Counted from the stretch's first letter, positions 8,820 through 19,600 are shown. The stretch: DNA of 64,000 nucleotides from Candidatus Kaftiobacterium secundum (GCA_031459765.1 JAVKHY010000011.1:14247-78246), one strand, 5' to 3'. A program made the numbers and translations. The notes: generated by a model from the letters alone, not told the origin.

Positions 8820-8958
8820 GGCTGCGGAAGGTCACCCGTGTCCCACGATAGCACAGATCGGTGGGGGGCCGCTCTGCCGCCCAGAGGTCAGCCGGGGAGC
8901 CGCCGGACCGCCGCGCACCGGCCGGGCGGGGGGATGCTAGACTTGAACGGGAACAACG

Positions 8959-9312
8959 ATGGCTCCCCGGATGGCCGTCCCCGTCGAACTCGGCAGCGTG
9001 ACCGACAGCCGGTTCTGGATCGTCTGGTCCGACGGCCACCGCTCGACCTACACCTGGCAGCGCCTGCGCCTGGCCTGCCCCTGTGCGCGCTGCAAGGGTG
9101 AGTGGGGCGAGCGGCCGGATGGGCCCACCGAGGCCCAGATCCCGGCGACGATCCGGGCGATGCGCATCAGCCGGGTCGGGGCCTACGCCCTGCGCTTCTC
9201 GTGGATGGACGGTCACGACACCGGGCTGTATCCCTTCCCCCTGCTGCGCCACGAGCTCTGCGAGTGCGAGGAGTGCACCGCCCGGCGCGCCGGCGCCTCG
9301 CGCCCCGATTGA
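8959..9312 (+). CDS. DUF971 family protein (Fe-S assembly associated)
   Basis: Carries the WSDGHRSTYTWQRLRLACPCARC and WMDGHDTGLYPF motifs. It sits adjacent to mrp/apbC. Confidence 0.6.
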   Translation: MAPRMAVPVELGSVTDSRFWIVWSDGHRSTYTWQRLRLACPCARCKGEWGERPDGPTEAQIPATIRAMRISRVGAYALRFSWMDGHDTGLYPFPLLRHELCECEECTARRAGASRPD

Positions 9313-9390
9313 GGCCCGCGCGCCCGTCGCTGGCCGCCGGCGACGGCGCTGTGTTAGCATGAGGGGTGACATCGCCCGAGGAGACCGCCC

Positions 9391-10500
9391 GTGTTCCGAC
9401 GCGACGCCCAGCCCACGCCCGAGCAGGTGCGCGAGGCCCTGAAAGACGTCCAGGATCCCGAACTGCGCCGCAGCATCGTCGAGCTGGATATGGTCAAAGC
9501 GGTGGCCGTCACCGACGGCCGGGTGCGGGTGGAGGCCCTGCTGACCATCGGCGGCTGCCCCCTGCGCGAGACGATCGTCGAGTCCATTCGGGCCCGGGTG
9601 GCCGCCCTGCCCGGCGTGCGGGACGTCGAGGTGCACCTGGGCGTGATGAGCCAGGAGCAGCGCCAGGCCCTGATCGCCAAACTGCAGGGCGGGGCGGCGG
9701 CGGCGGGGCCGGGCTCGTTTCTGGGTCCCGACTCGCCGACCCGCGTCATCGCCGTGGCCAGCGGCAAGGGCGGGGTGGGGAAATCCACCGTCACCGTGAA
9801 CCTGGCCGCGGCGCTGCGGGAGCTGGGGAGCACGGTGGGCATCCTCGACGCCGACGTCTACGGCTTCAGCATCCCGAAGATGCTGGGCGTGCACGGCCGG
9901 CCCACGCTGATCGACCAGATGATCATCCCCCTGGAGAAGGACGGCATCCGGGTCATCTCCATGGGCTTTTTGCTGCCCGACGAGGACCAGGCCGTCATCT
10001 GGCGCGGGCCGCTGCTGCACAAGACCCTGACCACCTTCATCGGTGAGGTGCACTGGGGCGGCGACCTGGACTACCTGCTCATCGACCTCCCGCCCGGCAC
10101 CGGCGACGTCTCCATCACCATCGCCCAGACGCTGCCCCAGGCCTTCATGGTGCTGGTGACGACGCCCCAGGAGGCGGCCGCGCAGGTGGCGCGGCGGGCG
10201 GCGAGGATGGCGGAGAAGGTGAACATGGAGGTCGTGGGCGTCGTGGAGAACATGTCTTTCTTCCAGCCCGCCCCCGATGCTCCCCCGATCTATGTCTTCG
10301 GCCGCGGCGGCGGCGCACAACTCGCCCGGGAACTGGGCGTGCCGCTGCTCGGTGAGATCCCGCTGGATCCGGCCGTGCGCGAGGGCGGCGACACCGGCCG
10401 CCCCATCGTGCTGGCCCGACCCCGCTCTCCGGCGGCGGCGGCCTTCCGGGCCGCGGCCGAGAAACTGCGCAACGCCGTCCCGGTCCCCGCCCGGGCGTAG
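9391..10500 (+). CDS. mrp: Fe-S cluster carrier ATPase Mrp/ApbC with N-terminal DUF59
   Basis: DUF59 region VREALKDVQDPELRRSIVELDMV. P-loop IAVASGKGGVGKSTVTVNLAAAL. The CXXC region is present. Confidence 0.85.
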   Translation: MFRRDAQPTPEQVREALKDVQDPELRRSIVELDMVKAVAVTDGRVRVEALLTIGGCPLRETIVESIRARVAALPGVRDVEVHLGVMSQEQRQALIAKLQGGAAAAGPGSFLGPDSPTRVIAVASGKGGVGKSTVTVNLAAALRELGSTVGILDADVYGFSIPKMLGVHGRPTLIDQMIIPLEKDGIRVISMGFLLPDEDQAVIWRGPLLHKTLTTFIGEVHWGGDLDYLLIDLPPGTGDVSITIAQTLPQAFMVLVTTPQEAAAQVARRAARMAEKVNMEVVGVVENMSFFQPAPDAPPIYVFGRGGGAQLARELGVPLLGEIPLDPAVREGGDTGRPIVLARPRSPAAAAFRAAAEKLRNAVPVPARA

Positions 10501-10513
10501 GAGGCAACAAGCG

Positions 10514-12010
<1,497 letters not shown>

Positions 12011-12011
12011 T

Positions 12012-12046
12012 CCCCGGCGGGCGCGGGGCTCCCGCGCCCGCCGCCG
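12012..12046 (+). terminator. GC-rich hairpin (ggcgggcgcggg-gctc-ccgcgcccgcc) after ALDH
   Basis: Perfect 11-12 bp inverted repeat immediately after the stop codon. No U-tract, and it lies 8 nt before the next start. Confidence 0.35.
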
Positions 12047-12053
12047 ATTCCCG

Positions 12054-12872
12054 GTGCGACTGCTCGCCGCGCTCGTGATCTTCGGCTCCGTTGCCGTCGG
12101 GGGTGCCGCCGCCCCCGTCGCCGGCGCCGCGGCGCGGCCGGCGCCGGATGTCTTCGAACTGCAGGCCGCGGAGGTCGTCGTCAGCGGCGGCGGCCGCCTC
12201 ATCGAGGCCCGCGGCGACGTCCGGGCCACCGACGGGAGGACCACCGTCCGCGCGGGGGCGGCGCGCTACAGCGCGGCGGAGCGCCGCGTCCACCTGAGCG
12301 GCGGCGTGGCCGTCGTCGGTCCGGAAGGGTCGCTGCGCGCGGCGACGGTGATCCTCGCGCTGGATGCGGACCGCCGGATCGGAGCGGTAGACGCCGTCGG
12401 CGGCGCGGAGCTGATCACCGGCGGGCGCGTGCTGCGGGCCGACCGCATCCGCTACGCCGTGGGGAGCGCGGAGGTCACCGCCACCGGGAACGTCACCGCA
12501 CTCCTCCCGCCGGATCTCTCCGCCGCAGGACGGCGGCTCGCGCTCCGCCGCGGGGTGGCCACCCTCACCGGCCAGGCGAGGCTGCGGCACCGCGACGGCG
12601 TCCTGGAGGCGGACACCCTGGAGGTGTCCGAGGCCGACCAGGTGGCGCAGCTGCGGGGCAACGTCCGCAGCCGGTGGCAGGAGGTCTCCATCACAGCGCA
12701 GGCGGCCACGCTCTATCACCGGGAGCGGCGGGCCGTCTTCCGCGATCGGGTCACCGTCACCTCCCCCGGACGGACGCTGCGGACCGCGCTGCTGACCGTC
12801 TACTACGCGCAGCGGCGGATCGTCGCCGAAGGGGAGACGACGATCCGGCTGGAGGAGGAGGGCCCACCGTGA
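12054..12872 (+). CDS. OstA/LptA-like periplasmic protein (repeated OstA-N-like beta-jellyroll segments)
   Basis: N-terminal signal. Repeated segments of the type VRATDGRTTVRAGAARYSAAERRVHLSGGVAVV...GGRVLRADRIRYAVGSAEVTATGNV match the LptA/LptC OstA-like pattern. Confidence 0.5.
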   Translation: MRLLAALVIFGSVAVGGAAAPVAGAAARPAPDVFELQAAEVVVSGGGRLIEARGDVRATDGRTTVRAGAARYSAAERRVHLSGGVAVVGPEGSLRAATVILALDADRRIGAVDAVGGAELITGGRVLRADRIRYAVGSAEVTATGNVTALLPPDLSAAGRRLALRRGVATLTGQARLRHRDGVLEADTLEVSEADQVAQLRGNVRSRWQEVSITAQAATLYHRERRAVFRDRVTVTSPGRTLRTALLTVYYAQRRIVAEGETTIRLEEEGPP

Positions 12873-13903
12873 AGGCCATGGTCTACACCGCGCACGGCGG
12901 ACCGGAGGTGATCGAGGCCCGGGAGGTGCCCGAGCCCGCCGTGGGGCCCAACGACGTGCTGGTCCGCGTCCGGGCCGTGGCGCTCAACCACCTGGATCTG
13001 TGGCTGCGCCGGGGCCTCCCGCGCCTGCGGCTGACCTTCCCGCACATCGCCGGCGCCGACGCCTCCGGGGTCGTGGTCCGCACCGGCAGCGCGGTGAGGA
13101 CGGTGGAGGAAGGGCAGGAGGTCGTGATCGCCCCCGGCATCAGCTGCGGCGTCTGCCGGGCCTGTTTGGCCGGCGAGGACAACCTTTGTCCCCGCTACTC
13201 CATCCTGGGCGAGCACCGCCCCGGGGCCCTCGCCGAGTTTGTGGCCGTGCCCGAGGCCAACATCCTGCCCAAGCCCCCGGGGCTGACCTTCGAGGAAGCC
13301 GCCGCCGTCCCCCTGGTCTTCCTCACGGCGTGGAACATGCTGGTCACCAACGCCCGCGTGGGGTTCACCGACACCGTCCTGTTGTGGGGTGCCGGCAGCG
13401 GCGTGGGCAGCGCCGGGCTGCAGATCGTCAAATGGTTCGGGGCGCGGGTCATCGCCGTCGTCGGCGCGGCGTGGAAGGTGGAGCGGGCCCGGCAGCTGGG
13501 CGCCGACGAGGTGATCGACCACCGCCGGCAGGACGTCCTCGAGGAGGTCCGCCGGCTCACCGCCGGCCGCGGGGTCGAGGTCGTCTTCGACCATGTGGGG
13601 GCGGCGACGTGGGAGACCTCGATCCGCGCCCTGGCCCGCGGGGGGCGCCTGGTCACCTGCGGGGCCACCAGCGGCGCCGAGGCGACCACCGACATCCGCT
13701 ACCTCTTCGGCCGCCGGCTGACCATCTTCGGAACCTGGATGGGCACCAAGCGCGAGCTGCACCAGGTGATGGCCCTGGTCGCCCAAGGCCGGCTGCGCCC
13801 GGTGGTGCACACGGTGCTGCCGTGGGAGGAGCTGGCCCGGGCCGAGGAGATCCTGGAGCGCGCGGAACAGTTCGGCAAGGTGGTCCTCCGCCTGGCGACG
13901 TAA
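12869..13903 (+). CDS. Zinc-binding MDR-family oxidoreductase (quinone oxidoreductase / alcohol dehydrogenase)
   Basis: GroES-like N-terminal domain. Cys cluster CGVCRACLAGEDNLC. Rossmann motif LLWGAGSGVGSAGLQI. GTG start overlaps the upstream stop. Confidence 0.8.
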   Translation: MKAMVYTAHGGPEVIEAREVPEPAVGPNDVLVRVRAVALNHLDLWLRRGLPRLRLTFPHIAGADASGVVVRTGSAVRTVEEGQEVVIAPGISCGVCRACLAGEDNLCPRYSILGEHRPGALAEFVAVPEANILPKPPGLTFEEAAAVPLVFLTAWNMLVTNARVGFTDTVLLWGAGSGVGSAGLQIVKWFGARVIAVVGAAWKVERARQLGADEVIDHRRQDVLEEVRRLTAGRGVEVVFDHVGAATWETSIRALARGGRLVTCGATSGAEATTDIRYLFGRRLTIFGTWMGTKRELHQVMALVAQGRLRPVVHTVLPWEELARAEEILERAEQFGKVVLRLAT

Positions 13904-13952
13904 TATAACGCTGAGATAAGACGACGCTCCCCCCGGACAGGCAACTTCCGGC

Positions 13953-14321
13953 ATGCCGATCTACGAGTACCGATGCCGACAGTGCCGCAGGCGGAGCAGC
14001 GTGCTGCTGCTGAGCTATAAAGAGCGGGTCGACCCCGTCTGCCCCCACTGCGGGAGCCGCGACCTGGCGCGGATCATGTCCCGCTTCGCCACCGTACGTT
14101 CGGAAGAGGCCCGGCTGGAGTCGCTGGCCGACGACCCGGAGCTGGCCGACGTGGACGAGAAGGATCCGCGCAGCGTGGCCCGCTGGATGCGGAAGATGGG
14201 CCGCGAGTTCGGGGACGAACTGGGCGACGACTTCGAGAGCGTCGCCGAAGAGGCGGCCGCCGCCGCGGAGTCCGGCGACGGCGCAGAGGAGGCGCCCGGC
14301 GAGGAAGGACCGGGGGGCTAG
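13953..14321 (+). CDS. FmdB-family zinc-ribbon protein
   Basis: MPIYEYRCRQC...CPHCGS CxxC pairs with an acidic C-terminal tail. Confidence 0.6.
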   Translation: MPIYEYRCRQCRRRSSVLLLSYKERVDPVCPHCGSRDLARIMSRFATVRSEEARLESLADDPELADVDEKDPRSVARWMRKMGREFGDELGDDFESVAEEAAAAAESGDGAEEAPGEEGPGG

Positions 14322-14992
14322 CCGGCCGGCTCGGAGCCCACCCAGACTTCGCCGCCCTCCCAGACTTCCTTCTTCCAGATCGGGACCGTCTGCTTGAGGG
14401 CGTCGATGGCGAACCGTCCCGCCTCGAAGGCGTCCCTGCGGTGCGGGGCGGAGACGGCGATGGCCACGCTGACCTCGCCGACCTGCAGCACGCCCAGCCG
14501 GTGGACCATCGCCACGCGCAGCACCGGCCACCGCGCCGCGGCCTCCGCGGCCACGCGCCCCATCTCCCGCAGGGCCAGCGTCTCGTAGGCCTCGTATTCC
14601 AGGTGATCGACCCGCGCGCCGCGGCGGTTGTCGCGGACCGTGCCCAGGAACAGCACCACGGCGCCGGCCTGAGGATGGCGCACCGCCTCCAGCACGGCGG
14701 CGAGGTCGATGGGCCCCTCCACCAGGGCCAGGTGCGGCGCCGGGCCTTCGCCCCCGCTGACGGGCGGGATCAAGACCAGCTCGTCGCGCTCCCGCACGAC
14801 GGTGTCCCCCCCGACATAGGCGTCGTTGACGGCGAAGGCGACGGGCCGGGGCAGGCGGGCCAGGGCCGGAAAGCGCGCCTGCAGCAGCTCCCAGACCTGC
14901 GCGGCGGTCGCGCCGGGAGGGATGTCCAGGACCACGTGCTTCTGCCCGATCGCCTCGCGGTAGGAGGCGAAGGCGCGGACGGAGATCTGCAC
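14318..14992 (-). CDS. moaE: Molybdopterin synthase MoaD-MoaE fusion
   Basis: N-terminal approx 80 aa is a ThiS/MoaD fold ending ...IPPVSGG. The remainder is MoaE-like (LEYEAYETLA...VAIAVSAPHRRDAF). Confidence 0.6.
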   Translation of the reverse strand: MQISVRAFASYREAIGQKHVVLDIPPGATAAQVWELLQARFPALARLPRPVAFAVNDAYVGGDTVVRERDELVLIPPVSGGEGPAPHLALVEGPIDLAAVLEAVRHPQAGAVVLFLGTVRDNRRGARVDHLEYEAYETLALREMGRVAAEAAARWPVLRVAMVHRLGVLQVGEVSVAIAVSAPHRRDAFEAGRFAIDALKQTVPIWKKEVWEGGEVWVGSEPAG

Positions 14993-15035
14993 ACCGGCAT
15001 TGTAGCAGAGAACCGCAGGACCCGGGCGCGGCTTG

Positions 15036-15064
15036 ACCGACGTGAGGGCCGCCGGCTACAATGC
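15036..15064 (+). promoter_or_regulatory. Sigma-70-like promoter TTGACC-N18-TACAAT upstream of phd-vapC
   Basis: Sequence motif only. Located about 110 nt upstream of the phd start. Confidence 0.35.
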
Positions 15065-15174
15065 AAAGTAGAGACCATCAAGGGAATAAAGTCCATAGAA
15101 ACCAGTCACAGTCGCCGACGGCGCCGGGGGGCGCGCGCCGGTGCCTTTGGAGGTCGGTCGTGGAGCGCGTCAGC

Positions 15175-15423
15175 ATGGTGGAAGCCAAGCGGGACCTCTC
15201 GCGCCTGGTGAACAAGGCGGCCTACGGGCACCAGCCCGTGGTGCTGACCTCCCGGGGCCGGCCGAAGGCCGTGCTGGTGGCGCATGACGATTTCCAGGCG
15301 CTGCTGGGAGAGCGGGGGGGACGGCTCCTCCGGCTGGGCGGACGATGGCAGGGCACGCCGCCCGTCTCGGCCCAGGACCTGCGCCGCCTTCGGGGGGAGC
15401 TGTGGGGGAGGCTCTCCCGGTAG
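15175..15423 (+). CDS. Phd/YefM-family antitoxin
   Basis: MVEAKRDLSRLVNKAAYGHQPVVLTSRGRPKAVLV is a Phd/YefM signature. Confidence 0.6.
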   Translation: MVEAKRDLSRLVNKAAYGHQPVVLTSRGRPKAVLVAHDDFQALLGERGGRLLRLGGRWQGTPPVSAQDLRRLRGELWGRLSR

Positions 15424-15428
15424 GCCCG

Positions 15429-15851
15429 ATGTACACCACCGACACGCACGGGCTCCTGTGGCACCTGCAGGAATCCAACGGGCGGCGCGGCCGGACGCGC
15501 CGGCGGTTGAGTCCCCGCGTCCGCAACATCTTTGCCCGCGCCGACGAGGGGCGCGAAACCATCCTGATCCCCGCCATCGTCCTGGTCGAGCTCGTGTACC
15601 TGGCCGAACGCGGGACGGTCCCCGCGGCGCTGGTTGATCAGCTTCTCGCCGACCTGGGCCGACCGGTCGAAAACTACCGGCTGGCGCCCCTGGACCTGTC
15701 GGTGATCCGCGCCCTCCGGGAGATCCCGGCCCTGCAGGCGCCGGAGATGCCGGATCGGATCATTGCCGCCACCGCCCGAGCGACCTCGTCCCGTCTGTTG
15801 TCTCGCGACGAGTCCCTGCGCAGGATCGCCGGTCTGGAGGTCGTCTGGTGA
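15429..15851 (+). CDS. vapC: PIN-domain VapC toxin
   Basis: MYTTDTHGLLWHL...AIVLVELVYLAER...IIAATARATSSRLLSRDE is a PIN fold. It starts 6 nt after the phd stop. Confidence 0.65.
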   Translation: MYTTDTHGLLWHLQESNGRRGRTRRRLSPRVRNIFARADEGRETILIPAIVLVELVYLAERGTVPAALVDQLLADLGRPVENYRLAPLDLSVIRALREIPALQAPEMPDRIIAATARATSSRLLSRDESLRRIAGLEVVW

Positions 15852-15906
15852 GCGGGAACCGTCTTCCCGTCTCCGGCGTTTCCCGAAGGGGAGGCCCCGG
15901 ATCGGG

Positions 15907-16680
15907 ATGGCGTACACGATGCGCTGGATGCTGAAGACGACTCCGGCCCTCGTCGGCGCGCTCCTGGCGCTGGCGGTCGTCGGCGCCCTGGCCGCGCCGG
16001 CCGCGGCGGCGTTCCTCTCCACGGGGCAGGAGATCCGCATCGGGCGGGAGGCCGCCGCGCAGCTCGAGGCCGAGGTAGGCGTCGTCCGCGACCCCGTGCG
16101 CACCGCCCAGATCGCGGCGATCGGCGCGCGCCTGGCCGCCGCCAGCGGTCGCCCGGAGCTGCCCTGGACGTTCAAGATCCTGAACACGAACCAGATCAAC
16201 GCCATCTCCCTGCCCGGGGGGTTCATCTACGTGACCCGGGGGATGCTCGGATTCGTCAGGTCCGAGGACGAGCTGGCCTTCGTCCTGGGGCACGAGGTAG
16301 GCCACGTGGACCGCCGCCACCACGTGGCGATCATCGAGCGCGACTTCTTCTTCGGGCTGGTCCTCTCGCTGCTGTTCGGGGGTGATCCCACCAGCGGCCA
16401 GATCGCGGCCCTGCTGCACACCCTGCTGCGGCGGGGGTTCAGCCGCGAGGCGGAGTTCGAGGCCGACGAGACCGGGGTGCTGCTGACCCACCGCGCCGGG
16501 TTCAACGCCGGCGCGGGCCTTGTGTTCATGGAGCGGCTGCGGGCCGCGGAGGGCCGCGACCCCTCGCAACTGGAGGTCCTCCTCAGCACCCATCCCGCCC
16601 TGGCCGACCGCCTGGCGCGGGTGCGGGAACAACTGCGCCGGCTCGGCTACCGGGTCGGGATCCTGCGGGCGGCGGCGTGA
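15907..16680 (+). CDS. M48-family zinc metallopeptidase (BepA/LoiP-like), secreted
   Basis: Signal peptide, then HEXXH within FVLGHEVGHVDRRH and the downstream Glu EFEADETG. Confidence 0.75.
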   Translation: MAYTMRWMLKTTPALVGALLALAVVGALAAPAAAAFLSTGQEIRIGREAAAQLEAEVGVVRDPVRTAQIAAIGARLAAASGRPELPWTFKILNTNQINAISLPGGFIYVTRGMLGFVRSEDELAFVLGHEVGHVDRRHHVAIIERDFFFGLVLSLLFGGDPTSGQIAALLHTLLRRGFSREAEFEADETGVLLTHRAGFNAGAGLVFMERLRAAEGRDPSQLEVLLSTHPALADRLARVREQLRRLGYRVGILRAAA

Positions 16681-17579
16681 CCGTCCTCGATCCGTACACC
16701 GGGCCCGGCACCTACCGCAAAGCCCAGCTGCACTGCCACACCACCGCTTCCGACGGCCGGTTCCGGCCCCGGGAACTCCTGCGGATGTACAAGGAGTCGG
16801 GGTATGCCTTCGTCTGCCTCACCGACCACAACCGCGTCACCCGCGAGGCCGGCCTGGACGACGACACCTTCCTGGCCGTGCCGGGCTCGGAGGACACCGT
16901 TTCGGCGGCGACGATCTTTCCGCTGACGCTGCTCGGCCCGCACCTCGGCCGGCTGTTCGTGGACGCCCCGACGCGCCGCGGCACCGCCCAGCAGCGCATC
17001 GACGCCACGGCGGCCGCCGGCGGCCTCCTCTCCCTGTGCCATCCGTCCTGGACGGGCAACCTGTGGACGGGCCGCTGGCCGCTGGCCGCCGCATCCGGCC
17101 TGCGCGGCGTCCACCTCGTGGAGATCTGGAATCCCCACTCCGATTCCGCCCGCGACCTGGAGCTGTGGACGGCGCTGCTGCGGCAGCGGGGACCGCAGGC
17201 GCCGCTGTGGGGGGTGGCGGTGGACGACTGTCACCACGCCCGGCAGTTCAACCGCGGCTGGATCATGGCCAAGGTCTCCGCCGTGACCGCCGCCGCGCTG
17301 CGCGACGCCCTGCGGCGCGGAGCCTTCTACGCCACGACCGGCGCGACGGCGGAGTTCGGGGCGGAGGAGGGGACGGTGTGGGCCCGGGGGGTGAGCCCGG
17401 CCGGCGCCCGGGTGCGCTTTCTGGACGCACGGGGGGTTCTGCGGGCCGAGGTCGAATCACCAGAGGGTCGCTACCCCGTCCGGGCGGATGAGGAGTTTAT
17501 CCGCATCGAGATCGTCGGCCCCGCGGGAGCGCGGGCGTGGTCGCAGCCGTTCTGGGTGTGTCAGGGAGGGAGGCCGTGA
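16677..17579 (+). CDS. PHP-domain (polymerase/histidinol-phosphatase-like) metal-dependent phosphoesterase
   Basis: LHCHTTASDG...CLTDHN...CHPSW...DDCHH histidine ladder. GTG start overlaps the upstream stop. Confidence 0.6.
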   Translation: MTVLDPYTGPGTYRKAQLHCHTTASDGRFRPRELLRMYKESGYAFVCLTDHNRVTREAGLDDDTFLAVPGSEDTVSAATIFPLTLLGPHLGRLFVDAPTRRGTAQQRIDATAAAGGLLSLCHPSWTGNLWTGRWPLAAASGLRGVHLVEIWNPHSDSARDLELWTALLRQRGPQAPLWGVAVDDCHHARQFNRGWIMAKVSAVTAAALRDALRRGAFYATTGATAEFGAEEGTVWARGVSPAGARVRFLDARGVLRAEVESPEGRYPVRADEEFIRIEIVGPAGARAWSQPFWVCQGGRP

Positions 17580-18181
17580 TGCGGGTCGTGTTGGGGATCG
17601 TGGCCGTGCTGAGCCTGGCCGTCGGCGCCGCGGCGCAGGCGCAGGTGACCGTCAAAGGAGACGCCCGGGCCTGGCAGGAGGTGGCCGCCGCCTACGAGCG
17701 GTTGGCCAGGCTGCGGACCTACCGGATGAAGATGAAGGTCGAAGGACAACCGATGACGATGGTGGTCGAGCACGTCAGCCCCGACCGGACGCGGACGCTG
17801 ATGCAGGCCGAGGGGTTCACCATGGAGATGGTGAGCGTCGGCGACCGGATGCAGTACCGCACGGTCACCGGCGGGACGTCCGGGCCCTGGCAGTGCCAGA
17901 AGCCGCCGACCGCCGCGCCGACGGCGGAGGACGCCAGGAACGCGCGCGGCGAGGTGACGATCAGCCGGCTGGGTGAGGTGACGGTCGAGGGCGTGCGCAC
18001 CCAGGGCTACGACTACTCCTGGACCAGCCAGGGGAAGACGGTGCGCCAGCGCCTCTACGTGGCGGGAGACGGGCTGCCCCGGCGCCTGGTGGTCCTCGAC
18101 GACGCGGGCAAGCCGCAGATGACCATCGACTACTACGACTTCAACGCGCCCATCACCATCGAGTTCGCCCGGTGCGGGTAG
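17579..18181 (+). CDS. Secreted LolA-like / lipoprotein-sorting-fold hypothetical protein
   Basis: Signal peptide MRVVLGIVAVLSLAVGAAAQA. A GGGAGGGAGG SD precedes it. The ATG overlaps the upstream TGA. Confidence 0.4.
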   Translation: MRVVLGIVAVLSLAVGAAAQAQVTVKGDARAWQEVAAAYERLARLRTYRMKMKVEGQPMTMVVEHVSPDRTRTLMQAEGFTMEMVSVGDRMQYRTVTGGTSGPWQCQKPPTAAPTAEDARNARGEVTISRLGEVTVEGVRTQGYDYSWTSQGKTVRQRLYVAGDGLPRRLVVLDDAGKPQMTIDYYDFNAPITIEFARCG

Positions 18182-18253
18182 CGTCTCATCCGGCCGGCGG
18201 GAGGGCAGGTACCGGAGGGCACATCCCAGACAGATCGCGAGGAGGGAACCCCG

Positions 18254-18331
18254 TTGTTCGTCGCGGAGATCGCCTACATCCTGTTGGGCTTCATCCTGCT
18301 CGTCTACTTCATGCGCCAGGCGGGAGGATAA
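18254..18331 (+). CDS. Candidate 25-aa hydrophobic micropeptide (TTG start)
   Basis: GGAGGGAA SD lies 5 nt upstream of the TTG. Translation is FVAEIAYILLGFILLVYFMRQAGG. No other support. Confidence 0.2.
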   Translation: MFVAEIAYILLGFILLVYFMRQAGG

Positions 18332-18454
18332 CCCCCCGCTCCGCGCCGTCTCGATCCGCGGGAATGCGGCCGGCCCATCCGGCAAGGACCGGTCTGGATG
18401 CGTGGGAGATCGTAGAACCGGTCGAGGCATCCGACGCCCGGTCTCCTGAGACGC

Positions 18455-19600
18455 CTACCGGGCCGGGAGGAGGCGGGTCACCTCCTGCGCGATCTTCTCC
18501 ACCGCGCCGCCTCCGCCCATCCGCTCCCGCCCCACCGCGCCGCGGCGGGCCGCTTCCTCGGGGTTGAGCAGCAGCCACACCGCCGCCCGCGCCGCGTCCT
18601 CCCAGTCGAGGGCGTCGACCAGCGCATCGCCGAGCAGCCGTTTCTGCAGGGCGAGGAACCGCGGCGTGTACTGCACCGCCCCGTCCAGGGAGAAGGCCAC
18701 CACGGGCCGACCCAGGCCCGCCGCCTGCTCGTTCGCCGTCCCGGCCAGCCCCACGACGATCGTCGCCGCCCGCACCGCCGCCCCGAAGTCCCTGGTCAGG
18801 AGCACCCGCGTCTCCGCCCGTTCGATGAATTCGCCCGCCGCCTCCCATCCGGCGGCCTGCGCCCGGCGCACCGCCTCCACCACGGGGATGGTCTGGGAGA
18901 GCGCGCAGACGAAGCGCGCGCCCACTTCGTCGTTGATCTGCACCGCGACTTTGAGCACCTGCGTCAGGTTGTACAGGGCATCGCTTCGGCTGCCCGGCAG
19001 GAGCAGGACGACCGGGGCGCCGGGGGCCAGGGGCAGGGCTCCCCGCGCCGGAGGGATGCAGTCCATCAGCGGATTGCCGTCGTAGCGCGCCCGCACGCCG
19101 CGCCCGGCCAGGGCCTCCGCCGTCTCCCGGTCGCGGGTGAAGACGACGGCGGCGCGACGGCGCATCTGCCAGATCTCCAGCAACCTGTGGGGTTCGGTGC
19201 GCTGGGACTTGGCCGTGGCCACGAACACCGTGGGCGTCCGCGCCCGGGAGGCCATCCACAGGCAGAAGACGTCGCCCACCGCCACGGTCACGGCGTGCCG
19301 GCCGGCCTGGCCCCGCAGGGTCCGGCGCTGCGCGGCCAGCAGTTTCGCCCCGCCGGCGCGGAGGTCGCCGGCCAGGTCCCCGCCGCGCAGCGCGAAGCCG
19401 CCCGAGGGCAGGGCCTGTCGCGGGTCGAGCAGAGGGACGTCGCCGTAGACGTCCCCCGTCCCCACGAGGGGGTAGGCCGCAACCGGGGCGGCCTCCGCCA
19501 GCGCCTGCGCGAGGGCGGCGCCGACGGCGTCTTCGCCGCGGCCGTTGCTCACGATGAGCACCGACCTGACCAGACCCCGGGGTCCTGTGGGGTTCGTCAT
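18455..19600 (-). CDS. Lipid-A-disaccharide synthase-related glycosyltransferase (LpxB-like paralog)
   Basis: N-terminus VLIVSNGRGEDAVGAALAQAL resembles the ISNGHGED motif of LpxB-related proteins. C-terminus has a GT-B-like fold. The ATG overlaps the upstream GT2 stop (ATGA). Confidence 0.5.
   Translation of the reverse strand: MTNPTGPRGLVRSVLIVSNGRGEDAVGAALAQALAEAAPVAAYPLVGTGDVYGDVPLLDPRQALPSGGFALRGGDLAGDLRAGGAKLLAAQRRTLRGQAGRHAVTVAVGDVFCLWMASRARTPTVFVATAKSQRTEPHRLLEIWQMRRRAAVVFTRDRETAEALAGRGVRARYDGNPLMDCIPPARGALPLAPGAPVVLLLPGSRSDALYNLTQVLKVAVQINDEVGARFVCALSQTIPVVEAVRRAQAAGWEAAGEFIERAETRVLLTRDFGAAVRAATIVVGLAGTANEQAAGLGRPVVAFSLDGAVQYTPRFLALQKRLLGDALVDALDWEDAARAAVWLLLNPEEAARRGAVGRERMGGGGAVEKIAQEVTRLLPAR

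Noticed and set aside
9320-9350. Small inverted repeat cgtcgc-N10-gcgacg upstream of mrp as a regulatory site
   Set aside because: Short stem with a long loop, no partner motif. Likely chance in GC-rich DNA.
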